A stretch of 64,000 bases of DNA from a virus. Taxonomy: Duplodnaviria > Heunggongvirae > Uroviricota > Caudoviricetes. This document shows, in pieces, positions 51,401 through 61,359 of this stretch. A program made the translations under genes and the position numbers. How positions within the stretch are numbered: position 1 is the stretch's first letter; each line of letters starts with the position of its first letter. Where the stretch lies: IMG/VR virus record IMGVR_UViG_3300027744_000008; one strand, given 5' to 3'. The notes beneath the pieces were generated by a model. It was not told where the DNA came from. It was given only the letters and a program-made list of their open reading frames with translations, and searched no databases.

Positions 51401-54378
51401 AGATACTGATTGGTGGCGTGGTTAAACTTGGAGCAAGTGAAGCAGACATGTTCGGTTCTGCTGACAATGATTATTTTAGTCAAGGATTCGTAGCACAGTT
51501 TGACACTGCGGCCACACAGTGGTCAGCAGAAGGTTGGACACTGTCAACAAGTCGTATTCCCGGCAAGTTGATGAACACCCTGGTCACCGCAAGCGGTTAT
51601 TGGCAGTTTCGAACTGACATTGCCATGACTGCCGAAGGTTCCCTAATGCTGTCCACAGTGGCAGTGGGCATCAGCGTGAGACGCAACACCAGCAAGGTCA
51701 ACACTTGGACATTTGGCAAGGACGGCACATTCACAGCACCAGTGGATGCTGACATTCGCCTACAACAACAGCAGTTGGGCTCGGCCACAATGTATGGCGT
51801 GTTTAATAACGATCAAGATGATATTTGGTTTGAAACTGTGTGCCACGACGCAGAAGGATTTGCCTATGCTGTGGGCAGTAATGATTGGTCTTTCAACCGT
51901 GCTTACATTTACAAGTTCACACCAGAAGGTTCAGCAGTGTGGCAAAGAGAACTACGCAGTGGAACTGGCGCCCAGTTCACTGTGGTGGTCACATCAGGTG
52001 TCTACGCTACGCCCACAGTGACCACCGGTGGTGAAGGCTATAAAGTAGGTGATAGGATCCTTATTGACGGTGACAGTCTCGGAGGCGATCCCAGTAATAC
52101 ACTGACTTTAGAAGTGGCCACCATTACCGATGCTGAAGACTATGTTGGTGAAGTAGCCACAGTCACCATTGCGAGCGGTGTGGGAGCGGTGGGAGTTACC
52201 AATACATATACCACTGTTCAAGACCCTGATGACAACGCACAGTGTGAAGTGCGTTCAATGACCTACAATCCAGTCACTGGCAACATTGAGGTTATCATCA
52301 CAACAACAACACAGTTAGGTGATCCTGACGCTTGGAGTCTTGACAGCAACTGGTCAGAAACTGTGATCGTGACCATTGACTCAGGATCAGGCACAGTGGT
52401 CAGCACACGCACACTACAAGATGAGGGTGATGTCTATGCCTATGATGCAGCAGTCAGTTCAACTGGTAAGATTGCTGTGGTTGGTGAAAAGTTCAACGAA
52501 TATGAGGAATACGGCGCCATTACTCCGTTAGTGGGCAGTGGTGTAGATAAACTATGGGTTGCTAAATCAGACATTGATGCTGAACATTTCCCAGGTGAAA
52601 TTATTCCAGGTGGCGGCAGTATCACTGACTGGTGGATTACCGGCACTGGTATCACTGATCAGATTCGAGTTCAAAATATAAACCTATACACAGGATTGGC
52701 AACCACTACCAACAGCGTGGCCGGCAGCGGTGCTACTATCACAGTGGAATTTGACCCCACAACTGGGGCGTATGAAAGTCACAGCTTTGAGTTTGGGGGA
52801 TCTGATTATGAAGTAGGCGACACCATCACCATCAGTGGACTGCTGTTGTCCGGGGGAACATCACCTGCCAACGACATAGTTTTCACAGTTGTCACAGTGA
52901 ATTCCGGCATTCTGGTATCTATCACCCATGCCAGTGGTGCTCATCCCTCAACACATCTACTGATAAACACCAACGCCACAGTGAACTATGCCGCAGGTGG
53001 AGCCACATTTGAGATCAAGCAGAACTTGGGTGGAGAAGCATTTGTTTGGACTCCGGACTTTACCAAGGCCATTGGCGGCGCAAGTGGTGACCGTTTCACT
53101 GGTGTGGCGTGGAACACCGCTGGCACAAGTCTATATGCTGTGGGTCAAGGACACTATGAAGTAGACTATAATCAAGCCCTGGTGGTGAAATTCTCCAGCG
53201 CAGGTGTAATCACAGCCAGCAAGTTTGTCAACGATGATATGGGTGACACCAGTGCCTCCCGTGGAGCAGTGGCACTAATGGCCAATGATTCAATAGTTGT
53301 GGTTCACCAACAGTATAACGTAGGGAGAGATGAAAGTGACGAAGTCTTGGTCACCAAGTTGGACAGCAGCCTAAATATCATATGGCAACAGTTTATTGGC
53401 GTAGACAGCGATGATGGTTGGGCCAGTCCATCCAGTAACATCAGTGTAGCAGTTGATCCTGCTACAGATGAGATTGTGATTGCGTGGGAAGCCTACGATG
53501 ACTACGAGTTCTTTGATGACAGTGCCATAGTGATTGTGAAGTTGGACACTGATGGTGAAGTTGTTTGGAAGCGTTGGTGGGGTGTTGGCGAAAGCGACAC
53601 TCGGTTGAACTATGAAGAGTATGGCAACCGGGCCCTGAGCATACATGGTGATCAGTTTACTTTGGTGGGCCACACTGATGCGGTGGATGATGACTATGAC
53701 AATGGGTTCATAGTGACTCTGCCATTAGACGGCACAGGTCTGGGAGAGCACGGCATTTGGAAGTATGTGGAACCCAACGATGACCGAATCAAAGTTTGGC
53801 GTCTGAGTGGTAGAACAGCAACAGTATTCACTGCCACTGAGCACACTGGCAGTATCACTGCTGAGTCCAACATTAAACATTACTACACTGACTATCCTCT
53901 CGAAGAATTCACATTCTATCCTGAGACCATACTGAGTAATCAAGGTGGTGCTGTAGAGTTCGCTGATGGCAGTCGTCAGACATTCAGCACAGCCATTGTG
54001 CCACAGGTAAAGATCAGTGCTGGTTGGTATACACTACGAGCAGAAGATAGTGGCAGACATATTCTTATTGAAACCAGCAACTACAGTGTAGTTATTCCCA
54101 ACTGGCAACGAGTCTCACTACCAGTGGGATATACAGTGACCGTGATCAACATCAGCGGTAGCGATGCTTACGTGTCAAATGAATCAAGCGACAACCTTCA
54201 AGGTCAAATGTGGTTCTCAGGTGGTGATGACAAAACTCCTGATATCGGAATCCGTGATAACGGATCAGGACAGATGATTACACTGATCAAGATCAAAGAA
54301 GGCACACGTTCAGACGACGGTGAAATGCATGGTGACATCTGGATGGTGGCTGGTGCTGACATTTACAACAACGATTAA
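48433..54378 (+). CDS. large acidic modular virion protein (1981 aa) with beta-propeller repeats
   Basis: Four TW(T/R)FGxDGxLTLP-type linkers (49459, 49747, 50083, 51703). Repeated (A/S)VDxxxNIxxxG / VAKxxxxGxxxWxK propeller blades. Confidence 0.72.
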   Translation: MANKPFAIQGSDLTLGGVNIQAGTDSIVIPGITQVTNYVVEEVNENGSNLSQDLGDNAGAITVIDNAEYLYLVDDGDSPSADYVAATYSVDELDDGNIEEITVDTAGVFLAADKNRVEAANMWATTTPTPFVSFSAGNWTQIPFRPKMRAGEIENVGGNADTGNFSFDEDTITNSNGMTLVTDRGSLAMGTNMEVPGVAGHFHIAFDGSNSNPPASDLFLGDDNNYVKLPGYELNPATYGVEIGTDNRNFGPQNIEVGTVDELVPPGGVWRLFIDHEDYPNLGASVSVGDTVTTSWGTPITATITDVVEEPGNWWKIHVAQDITAGFSGGDTVSFGTSGGSHTWRFGTDGTLTLPQGGTISETEVNSSHSILLTPSAPSYANPDMAVKIYPTFNDDDHIHITAGDPTTVDLYLGDDDQYVKIEKNGGDVVIGTNTNTNHWTFDTSGALTLPQGGVIDETPAVETLTLVGANLAVVNQTYTKTSLTLYTGSDGVTIEEISPGIWFIIQGGDTKYSSADDLITWSDSTGGLPVPTGTINTLPETVNITVGTETWTFGTDGSLTLPEGGDIVDSSGTTVLGGNGSLTSTSSIAVQTGDTDRWLVRLRREGSEQDPSGGDGVAVYSTNYDSEGNAIVVARIYLSDGGDGDGIVVAKFTSAGVLVWKKSIGDVDDSFYPESNAVIDSSDNILLAVNPDSSQAKIIVKINGDTGAVVFSEELALTSSFNIRAMAVDGSNNIIIGGDFDLSGNTTAFVAKLTPTANTITWQKSLTNFSDSYGDRQSTIFSVAVDFNNDIIAVGSADRSITGVPGLTETMSVVKITSAGGSSWGKSVLLEGDTPFGEAWNLSLDSVGNIYVAGTYYVDNAEATGNPGYSGLKSNAVVLFKMTTLGVISWDRRVGPGQCDWVGVSTAVGDDGDLYLLASTYQLNPAGGADETLGIWNSTLALARYNKTTGAVIWQSYFDNPQAQEMAGSSNDGPWGDTSTDLMAVRGDKILIGGVVKLGASEADMFGSADNDYFSQGFVAQFDTAATQWSAEGWTLSTSRIPGKLMNTLVTASGYWQFRTDIAMTAEGSLMLSTVAVGISVRRNTSKVNTWTFGKDGTFTAPVDADIRLQQQQLGSATMYGVFNNDQDDIWFETVCHDAEGFAYAVGSNDWSFNRAYIYKFTPEGSAVWQRELRSGTGAQFTVVVTSGVYATPTVTTGGEGYKVGDRILIDGDSLGGDPSNTLTLEVATITDAEDYVGEVATVTIASGVGAVGVTNTYTTVQDPDDNAQCEVRSMTYNPVTGNIEVIITTTTQLGDPDAWSLDSNWSETVIVTIDSGSGTVVSTRTLQDEGDVYAYDAAVSSTGKIAVVGEKFNEYEEYGAITPLVGSGVDKLWVAKSDIDAEHFPGEIIPGGGSITDWWITGTGITDQIRVQNINLYTGLATTTNSVAGSGATITVEFDPTTGAYESHSFEFGGSDYEVGDTITISGLLLSGGTSPANDIVFTVVTVNSGILVSITHASGAHPSTHLLINTNATVNYAAGGATFEIKQNLGGEAFVWTPDFTKAIGGASGDRFTGVAWNTAGTSLYAVGQGHYEVDYNQALVVKFSSAGVITASKFVNDDMGDTSASRGAVALMANDSIVVVHQQYNVGRDESDEVLVTKLDSSLNIIWQQFIGVDSDDGWASPSSNISVAVDPATDEIVIAWEAYDDYEFFDDSAIVIVKLDTDGEVVWKRWWGVGESDTRLNYEEYGNRALSIHGDQFTLVGHTDAVDDDYDNGFIVTLPLDGTGLGEHGIWKYVEPNDDRIKVWRLSGRTATVFTATEHTGSITAESNIKHYYTDYPLEEFTFYPETILSNQGGAVEFADGSRQTFSTAIVPQVKISAGWYTLRAEDSGRHILIETSNYSVVIPNWQRVSLPVGYTVTVINISGSDAYVSNESSDNLQGQMWFSGGDDKTPDIGIRDNGSGQMITLIKIKEGTRSDDGEMHGDIWMVAGADIYNND

Positions 54379-54387
54379 GGATCCGCA

Positions 54388-55374
54388 ATGAGCATTGTTC
54401 AAACAGTAATAGGAGCCATTGCGTCCAGTGGTGGTTATACTCCTCCACCTACTTATACGCTGACACCAGAGGCCAACTCAGTCAACGAAGGTGCGAGCCT
54501 AACATTTACAGTGGGCGGAACTCATATTGTGAACGGAACTTACTATTGGACTGTGGGTGCTGACAGCGCCGGCCCCGGCGACTTTGGCGCAATAAATGGC
54601 ACAGTTAGTGTCACAGTTAGTAGTGGATCATTCTCAGTGACACCCACTGCGGATGATACTACAGAAGGAGCAGAAACATTCAACGTGACTCTGCGTTCAG
54701 ACAGCATCACAGGCACAATTTTAGCAACCAGTGAATCGGTGACCATCACAGACACAAGCCTAACACCGGTGGCACCATTCAGCTTGAACTTTCCGAACAC
54801 TGGAAATCAGTTTGTGTTGGTTAGCGATATAGGCTTTGATTGGAGCCTGGGCACCGTATATACCATTGAGTTCTGGAGCAAGCAGACCAATGCCAGCACC
54901 GGCGGCATACGAACTGTGATGTCACAAGGCGCAGCCTCAGGCAGGATTGATCTAGGCTATGCTAACGGACATTTACTGTGGAATGGTAGCGAGTCTCTAA
55001 CCCCTGAGCCTACTCCGGGAGTATGGACTCACGTGGCATTTGTAGCAGATGGTGGCGGCAACATTACTCTATACTACAACGGTGTAAATCAAACAACATT
55101 CAATGCTGGTCCGGCATTGACCGACGCTGCATCAGAAGTAAGGATTGGGCGACGCGGTGCTGCGGCGGCCCAATACTTCTACGGTAAACTGGCCATGATT
55201 CGAGTCAGTAGCACAGCCAAGTATCTGGCCGACTTTAACCCCACAGTGACTTATGGTGTTGAAGCAGACACAAAACTGATGTTGGGATCAGATACTCCAT
55301 TGGTGGATACCAGTGCCAGTGCTCACACCATCACAAATACAGGTGTGACTCGAAGCATGGACTTCCCAACATAA
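54388..55374 (+). CDS. Calx-beta/Ig-like plus LamG (ConA-like lectin) domain protein
   Basis: YTLTPEANSVNEGASLTFTV...ADDTTEGAETFNVTLR; YTIEFW...WTHVAFV...LYYNG...FYGKLAMIRVS. Confidence 0.75.
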   Translation: MSIVQTVIGAIASSGGYTPPPTYTLTPEANSVNEGASLTFTVGGTHIVNGTYYWTVGADSAGPGDFGAINGTVSVTVSSGSFSVTPTADDTTEGAETFNVTLRSDSITGTILATSESVTITDTSLTPVAPFSLNFPNTGNQFVLVSDIGFDWSLGTVYTIEFWSKQTNASTGGIRTVMSQGAASGRIDLGYANGHLLWNGSESLTPEPTPGVWTHVAFVADGGGNITLYYNGVNQTTFNAGPALTDAASEVRIGRRGAAAAQYFYGKLAMIRVSSTAKYLADFNPTVTYGVEADTKLMLGSDTPLVDTSASAHTITNTGVTRSMDFPT

Positions 55375-55375
55375 T

Positions 55376-56083
55376 ATGACAGAAATCTTATTCACACTCA
55401 TAGCCACACACCTTACCATCATATGCGTTACCTTGTATCTACATCGCTGCCAAGCACATAGAGGTGTAGAATTCCATCCTGCGTTAGCACATGCTATGCG
55501 ATTCTGGTTGTGGCTGACCACAGGCATGACCACTAAAGCATGGGTTGCAATACATCGCAAACATCACGCATTTACAGAAAAACCCGAAGATCCTCATAGC
55601 CCGCAGATCCACGGAATACTAACTGTACTGTTTAAAGGTGCATTTTTATATGCACAAGCAGCAAAAGATGAAAAAATGGTCAACTCGTACGGTGTAGGTA
55701 CACCCAGCGATTGGCTAGAACAACGAGTTTATACTCCCTACCCCTGGTTAGGAATTCTCCTAATGTTGATCATAGATCTTTTATTATTTGGTCCTACCGG
55801 GTTTTTAATGTGGGGAGTTCAAATGCTATGGATCCCATTCTGGGCTGCGGGTGTAATCAACGGCCTAGCACATTGGTGGGGATATCGCAATGGAGAAACT
55901 AGGGATACCAGCCGTAATCTAGTACCTTGGGCTATTATCGTAGGCGGAGAAGAACTGCATAATAATCATCACCTTAATCCTGCTAGCCCTAAACTTAGCA
56001 TAAAATGGTGGGAATTTGACATAGGATGGCTTTATATTAGAATGTTTACCCTGCTAGGATTAGCAAAATCCAAAATCAACTAA
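55376..56083 (+). CDS. acyl-CoA/acyl-lipid desaturase (DesA-like)
   Basis: YLHRCQAH, IHRKHH and LHNNHH His boxes; WAAGVINGLAHWWGYRN; WWEFDIGW. Confidence 0.92.
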   Translation: MTEILFTLIATHLTIICVTLYLHRCQAHRGVEFHPALAHAMRFWLWLTTGMTTKAWVAIHRKHHAFTEKPEDPHSPQIHGILTVLFKGAFLYAQAAKDEKMVNSYGVGTPSDWLEQRVYTPYPWLGILLMLIIDLLLFGPTGFLMWGVQMLWIPFWAAGVINGLAHWWGYRNGETRDTSRNLVPWAIIVGGEELHNNHHLNPASPKLSIKWWEFDIGWLYIRMFTLLGLAKSKIN

Positions 56084-56107
56084 ATACATGATAAAAAAAC
56101 AATCATT

Positions 56108-56782
56108 ATGGCATTAGAAACTATTTTTCCTGGAACGTATGCTAATGATGGGACCGGCGACGATCTCAGATCAGCATTCCAAAAAGTTAATAATAACTTT
56201 AATGCACTAGCGCCTGCTATTCTAGACGGTGAAAATATAGGTTCCGGCTTTGGTATCTTTAGTGGTGTCAATGCAGAAACTAATACAATTCAGTTTAATA
56301 GCATAGCAGCAGGCAATAATGTTGGATTAGTATTAGTAGATGGTGCATTAACTGTTTCAGTTGTCGGCAGTGCTTTTAATATTTTACAAGATGATTTAGA
56401 TCTAAATGGAAATAGCATACTGGGAACTGGAACTATTGACATAGAAGGTAGCGTTACAACAACTGGGATGATTGAAGCTGGTGATGTTCAATCAACAGTG
56501 TGGGGTATAGACATTAGAAATCTATACTTGTTAATGTTGTTAGTCAGCGGCCAGGATGTTGATTTTGGAGGGTTAGCTGTACCCACACAAGGTACTCTTG
56601 ATCTTGGATCGTTTGTTAGCCCGTATGGTGTTGGCTACGATTTTGGTACATTCATTGGGAGCAGTGGCCCAACTGTTATTCAGGAAGATTTTGGAACGTT
56701 TAATAATCCCCTCCCAGGAGGGTATGATTTTGGGTCATTTGCATTCCCACTATCAGGGAATAATGATGCCGGAACATTTTAA
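56108..56782 (+). CDS. baseplate/fibre-anchor structural protein with C-terminal DFGTF repeats
   Basis: NDGTGDDLRSAFQKVNNNF; DFGGL/DLGSF/DFGTF/DFGTF/DFGSF/DAGTF repeats. Confidence 0.7.
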   Translation: MALETIFPGTYANDGTGDDLRSAFQKVNNNFNALAPAILDGENIGSGFGIFSGVNAETNTIQFNSIAAGNNVGLVLVDGALTVSVVGSAFNILQDDLDLNGNSILGTGTIDIEGSVTTTGMIEAGDVQSTVWGIDIRNLYLLMLLVSGQDVDFGGLAVPTQGTLDLGSFVSPYGVGYDFGTFIGSSGPTVIQEDFGTFNNPLPGGYDFGSFAFPLSGNNDAGTF

Positions 56783-56795
56783 TTAGGAGAATACA

Positions 56796-58670
56796 ATGGC
56801 TTTAAAATTAAGACGAGGACTTGAAGCAGATCGTGATGGTATATTACCTGCAGAAGGTGAGTTAATTTACACAACAGATCAAAAGCAACTGTTTGTAGGT
56901 GATGGGGAAACTGCTGGCGGTACTCTTGTTTCGTCTGCTGTGGTTAGTGTTAACGGAAATAACGGTGTAGTAACTTTAACAACTGATGATGTTGATGAAG
57001 GTACTACTAATAAGTATTTTACAAACACTCAAGCAAGAAACGCTATTAGTGTAACAGGTGCGGGTGGCACATACAATCCGACTACTGGTGTTATTGACCT
57101 AACCGGTGGTGGTACAAGTAGTGATTCCTTCAAAACTATTACAGTAGCAGGGCAAAGCAATGTTGTAGCCGATAGCGCCACTGACACACTAACACTGGTA
57201 GCTGGTACAAATATTACTATTACAACCAACGATACTACTGATACTGTCACTATCAACTCTACTGCCAGTAGCAGTGTAGAAAATCTTGACGATCTATTAG
57301 ATGTTGATGCAGTAGCTCCGAGTAATGGACAAGCATTGGTTTGGAATTCAGGTACTACTAAATGGGAAGCAGGTACTGTAGGGTCCGGCACTGTCAGTAC
57401 TGGAATTATTAATCAAATTCCATACTATACCAACACGAATACTCTAAGTGGAAGTACTAAATTCACAGTAGACCCTAGCACAGGTGATCTTTTAATCAAT
57501 GAAGGCGGATTGTTCGGGGTCTATGCAGTGTTACAAGCTGATTCAAATTTTCCCCCTCCGTTAATAATGAGTCAATACCATAGTGGCGGAGAAACGCCAT
57601 CTATTGCCATGCAGAGAGCGAGGGGCACTCGAAGCGCCCCTGCGGTTCTTCAAATTTATGATAATCTTGGAAAAATTTATTCTCTGGCCCATGATGATGT
57701 AAAATTTGTTAACAGTTCTGCTATAGAAACTTATATAACCGGGGCTATTACCAACGGTGTAGCAGACTTAGAAGCTACATTAGCCACAGGAACTGCAATC
57801 GTCACGCTTACTGTAGGAGATACTACAGGGTTAGTAGCAGGTCAATATATAACTAAGCAAAGCGGTGTGGGAACATTTGGTACTAGTTGGGACGGAGTTC
57901 CACCATACATTGCATCAGTTGATAGCCTAACACAGTTAACATTAAGTGTAAATCATTCCGTGGCCGGTGCTGTAGTGTTTGAGGTTGACGGTATTATTCC
58001 TACTACCATGGCATTTAGCAATACAACATCAGACGGTAAAAAACGTCGTCTATTAAAATTAGAAAATAATGGTTCTGTGACAGTGGGTCCAAGTGTTGCA
58101 GACTTTAACGGCGCTGACTTCACTGGTATATTTACTATTCTATCAATGAAAAGTGCAGATGTTGCAGTAAGTTCACTTTATTCATTATCAAACAGTGCAT
58201 TTAAAATTGGTGGGATCTTTGACGGTGTACGGGGACAAGAGATAGCGTTTTCAAGAGTTAGAGGTACTGTTGAAGAAGGCGGTAGTGTTGCCACACCTAC
58301 CACAATACTAACAGGTGACGAACTTGGAGCATTGGCCTTTTACGGCTATAATACCGGGACTCCGGGTATTGATAATTTACTGAGCAGCCGTATTGTATCA
58401 GAAGTAAGTGGTACCGTAACAAGCACTGCCCTGCCTGGCCAATTAACGTTACAAACTGCAAACAATAGTGGTACATTGACCAACGGTCTAACAGTGGACA
58501 GATACCAAATGACCACATTTGGCGGCATGGCTAAAGTGGCAACTTATGCTGACGAAGCAGCCGCTGCCGCTGCGATAGGCGGCACGCCAACTAACGGCAT
58601 GATGTACTATGACACTGGAGCAAACTGCGCTAAGATGTACGGAAATGGTGCTTGGAACCTATTGTGGTAA
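56796..58670 (+). CDS. tail fibre protein with Mtd_N-like N-terminus
   Basis: ALKLRRGLEADR...PAEGELIYTTDQKQLFVGDGETAGG; two RARGT/SRVRGT...GDxLG repeats. Confidence 0.75.
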   Translation: MALKLRRGLEADRDGILPAEGELIYTTDQKQLFVGDGETAGGTLVSSAVVSVNGNNGVVTLTTDDVDEGTTNKYFTNTQARNAISVTGAGGTYNPTTGVIDLTGGGTSSDSFKTITVAGQSNVVADSATDTLTLVAGTNITITTNDTTDTVTINSTASSSVENLDDLLDVDAVAPSNGQALVWNSGTTKWEAGTVGSGTVSTGIINQIPYYTNTNTLSGSTKFTVDPSTGDLLINEGGLFGVYAVLQADSNFPPPLIMSQYHSGGETPSIAMQRARGTRSAPAVLQIYDNLGKIYSLAHDDVKFVNSSAIETYITGAITNGVADLEATLATGTAIVTLTVGDTTGLVAGQYITKQSGVGTFGTSWDGVPPYIASVDSLTQLTLSVNHSVAGAVVFEVDGIIPTTMAFSNTTSDGKKRRLLKLENNGSVTVGPSVADFNGADFTGIFTILSMKSADVAVSSLYSLSNSAFKIGGIFDGVRGQEIAFSRVRGTVEEGGSVATPTTILTGDELGALAFYGYNTGTPGIDNLLSSRIVSEVSGTVTSTALPGQLTLQTANNSGTLTNGLTVDRYQMTTFGGMAKVATYADEAAAAAAIGGTPTNGMMYYDTGANCAKMYGNGAWNLLW

Positions 58671-58689
58671 TTTAATGTAAGGATTTCAA

Positions 58690-61359
58690 ATGGCCTTAGA
58701 GATATGGCAGGAGCGTTCTGGCTATTCGTTTGGCACATTTCAAGAACGCATTCCTTTAGAATTAAATCTGCCAGTGTCTCCGGACGCTGGCGTGGAAACG
58801 TTCATCGGTAGTCGACTGATAGTCGATTTAGGAACGTTCGGTAATCCACGATATTCTAATATTGATCTTGGTACAGAGTTTTCTGAATCAGAATATGCCT
58901 ACGAATTTGCGGCCGCAGACAAACCTATCTTTATTCCGCCAGATGGCGTTACCTATGAGTTAATTGCTGGATCATTACCCCCAGGCATGCGATTATCGGG
59001 TGCAAAGATTGTAGGGACACCATTCGAAGTTCCGAGACCTACTACATTTACATTTTGTATTAGAGCAACAAGTATAGACGGTATTGCTGATAGGACTCTT
59101 AATTTAACCATTGAAGGTGCAGACCTACCTAGTTTCCAAACTGCTGCCGGAGATCTACCACTTGGTCCAAACAATGCCTACTATGTTTTAGATTCTTCTT
59201 TTGTAGATTTTCGACTTGATTCTGTAGATTTTGATACTGCTGCCGGGCAACGTCTACATTTCTTTATTGCCAATGACGACGGAGATCTTCCTCCTGGCCT
59301 AACCCTTGATGGTGACGGAAGAATAACCGGATTAGTTGAGCCTGCCACTATTATTAAGAAAAGCGACGGCGACGGATCCTACGATAGTGGACCTTATGAT
59401 GCTGTAGTCTATGACTTTGGCAGCAGACCAAGTGACGGTTATGACAGCTATGTGTATGATATTGTAACCTACGATTATAATATACCTACAAATACACCTA
59501 CTAGAGTTAATAGAAATTATGAATTCATAGTCTCATTAAGCGATGGAGATACTGTAAGACAAAGAAAATTTAAAATATTTGTTGTAGCCGATGATTATTT
59601 TAGAGCCGATAACGTACTACTTCCGGCGAGTGCAGGAATATTTAAAGCTGATGGTACATTCTTAAGAAACCCAATTTGGAAGACTGATGCCTATATAGGA
59701 CAATACAGAGCCAATAACTATCTAACATTAATGTTAGATATTTACTCAACTATAGATACTGGTCTAGTAAGTTATGGTATCGAGGCCACTAATTTTTATG
59801 ATGCCGACTTGTCCTATCAAATAGATGACAAAGTATTGTTTAACGACAAAACTTACATCTGTATTAAAAATAACTCTTTATCTGTAGATACGCCAGACCT
59901 CGACTCTGAACATTGGATACAGTCTAGGGTGCCGCCTGGTTTATCATTTGATATATCAAATGGTGAGTTATTTGGTGTTGTACCTTATCAGCCTGCTGTT
60001 ACTAAACAATATGTCTTTAATGTTCTAGCAACACGTTATTCAAATACACTAGAAACGTCATACTCAAGTAGAACATTTACTATAGATTTAATTGGTGAAA
60101 TTGATAGCACCATTTATTGGCTAACTGATAGCAATCTAGGTGATCTTGCTGCTAACTACACTTCTAACTTAAAAGTAGAAGCCAGTACTAGTGTCGTCGG
60201 CGCAATTTTAGTTTACAGCATAGAAAGCGGAATACTTCCTCCAGGATTAACACTTTCCACAGATGGAGAGATAATTGGAAAAGTAAATCAATATTCAACT
60301 GTTGACAAACTTGGTCTAACTAGATTTTATGACGAGGTTGGATTTGAGTTTATCTATACTACATTTGATCAAGATACCACAACTGTAGATAGATCGTACA
60401 CATTTACAATTAAAGCAAAAGATCAATATAATTACAGTGCAATTACAAAAGAGTTTCATGTTACAATCACAACTCCAAATAATAAACTTTATAGTAACTT
60501 AACAGTAAGGCCATTTATGCCCCTTGCACAACGAACAGTGTTTAAATCATTTATAACAAATAATATAGTGTTCACGGCCGGTAGTATCTATAGACCCAAT
60601 GATCCAGAATTTGGTATACAAACACAATTAAAAATGTTGGCCTACGCCGGTATTGAAACTAGAGAGGCAGCAGTGTATGTCAGTGCCATTGGTCTAAATC
60701 ATAAAAAGAAACAGTTTAAGTTTGGTGAAGTTAAAAAAGCTGTAGCAAAAAAACCTGGTACAAATACTGTTCTTTACGAAGTAATATATATAGAAATGTC
60801 TGATCCATTAGAACCTAATGGGTTACGACTGAATAACAAACTAATAGATAAAAGTAAAGATCAAAATAAAATAACTATTGATGCCACAAATGATTTCTGG
60901 AGTCTTAATCTAGATACGCTGGAAGAAGATAATTTTTTTAATGGGCGCAGACCTATTCCGTCTATCAGCATAGATCAAACAAATATTCAAGTAAGTAATC
61001 CAAATACTAGAGCTATATTTCCATCTAGCATTTCTAATTGGCAGGATCGAATTAAAAATTGGACAGACGACGACGGAGTAGGCTTATCGACAGAACGTAA
61101 TTATTTGCCATTATGGATGAGATCAATACAACCAGAAAGTAAACAAGAACTCGGATTTATTTTAGCTATTCCAATCTGTTTCTGTCTTCCTGATAAATCA
61201 ACTGATATTTTAGTTAATATTAAAAACTATATTAAAACTACAGGATTTAGTTTTAACAAATTAGATTATACTGTAGATAGATACATAATAGATTCAGTAG
61301 CTGACAACGACGGGGATAAATACCTAGTATTTAAAAATGACAGGAATACTATAACGTGA
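58690..61359 (+). CDS. putative baseplate wedge protein with putative-Ig (He_PIG-like) repeats
   Basis: Four LPPG/VPPG...G.I.G.P/V...F.I.A repeats; located in the structural module. Confidence 0.65.
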   Translation: MALEIWQERSGYSFGTFQERIPLELNLPVSPDAGVETFIGSRLIVDLGTFGNPRYSNIDLGTEFSESEYAYEFAAADKPIFIPPDGVTYELIAGSLPPGMRLSGAKIVGTPFEVPRPTTFTFCIRATSIDGIADRTLNLTIEGADLPSFQTAAGDLPLGPNNAYYVLDSSFVDFRLDSVDFDTAAGQRLHFFIANDDGDLPPGLTLDGDGRITGLVEPATIIKKSDGDGSYDSGPYDAVVYDFGSRPSDGYDSYVYDIVTYDYNIPTNTPTRVNRNYEFIVSLSDGDTVRQRKFKIFVVADDYFRADNVLLPASAGIFKADGTFLRNPIWKTDAYIGQYRANNYLTLMLDIYSTIDTGLVSYGIEATNFYDADLSYQIDDKVLFNDKTYICIKNNSLSVDTPDLDSEHWIQSRVPPGLSFDISNGELFGVVPYQPAVTKQYVFNVLATRYSNTLETSYSSRTFTIDLIGEIDSTIYWLTDSNLGDLAANYTSNLKVEASTSVVGAILVYSIESGILPPGLTLSTDGEIIGKVNQYSTVDKLGLTRFYDEVGFEFIYTTFDQDTTTVDRSYTFTIKAKDQYNYSAITKEFHVTITTPNNKLYSNLTVRPFMPLAQRTVFKSFITNNIVFTAGSIYRPNDPEFGIQTQLKMLAYAGIETREAAVYVSAIGLNHKKKQFKFGEVKKAVAKKPGTNTVLYEVIYIEMSDPLEPNGLRLNNKLIDKSKDQNKITIDATNDFWSLNLDTLEEDNFFNGRRPIPSISIDQTNIQVSNPNTRAIFPSSISNWQDRIKNWTDDDGVGLSTERNYLPLWMRSIQPESKQELGFILAIPICFCLPDKSTDILVNIKNYIKTTGFSFNKLDYTVDRYIIDSVADNDGDKYLVFKNDRNTIT

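Noticed and set aside
9941-55386. Both full desaturases start with ATGACAGAAAT (MTEIL)
   Set aside because: The identity is only 11 nt with divergent sequence afterwards and different subfamilies; most likely chance.
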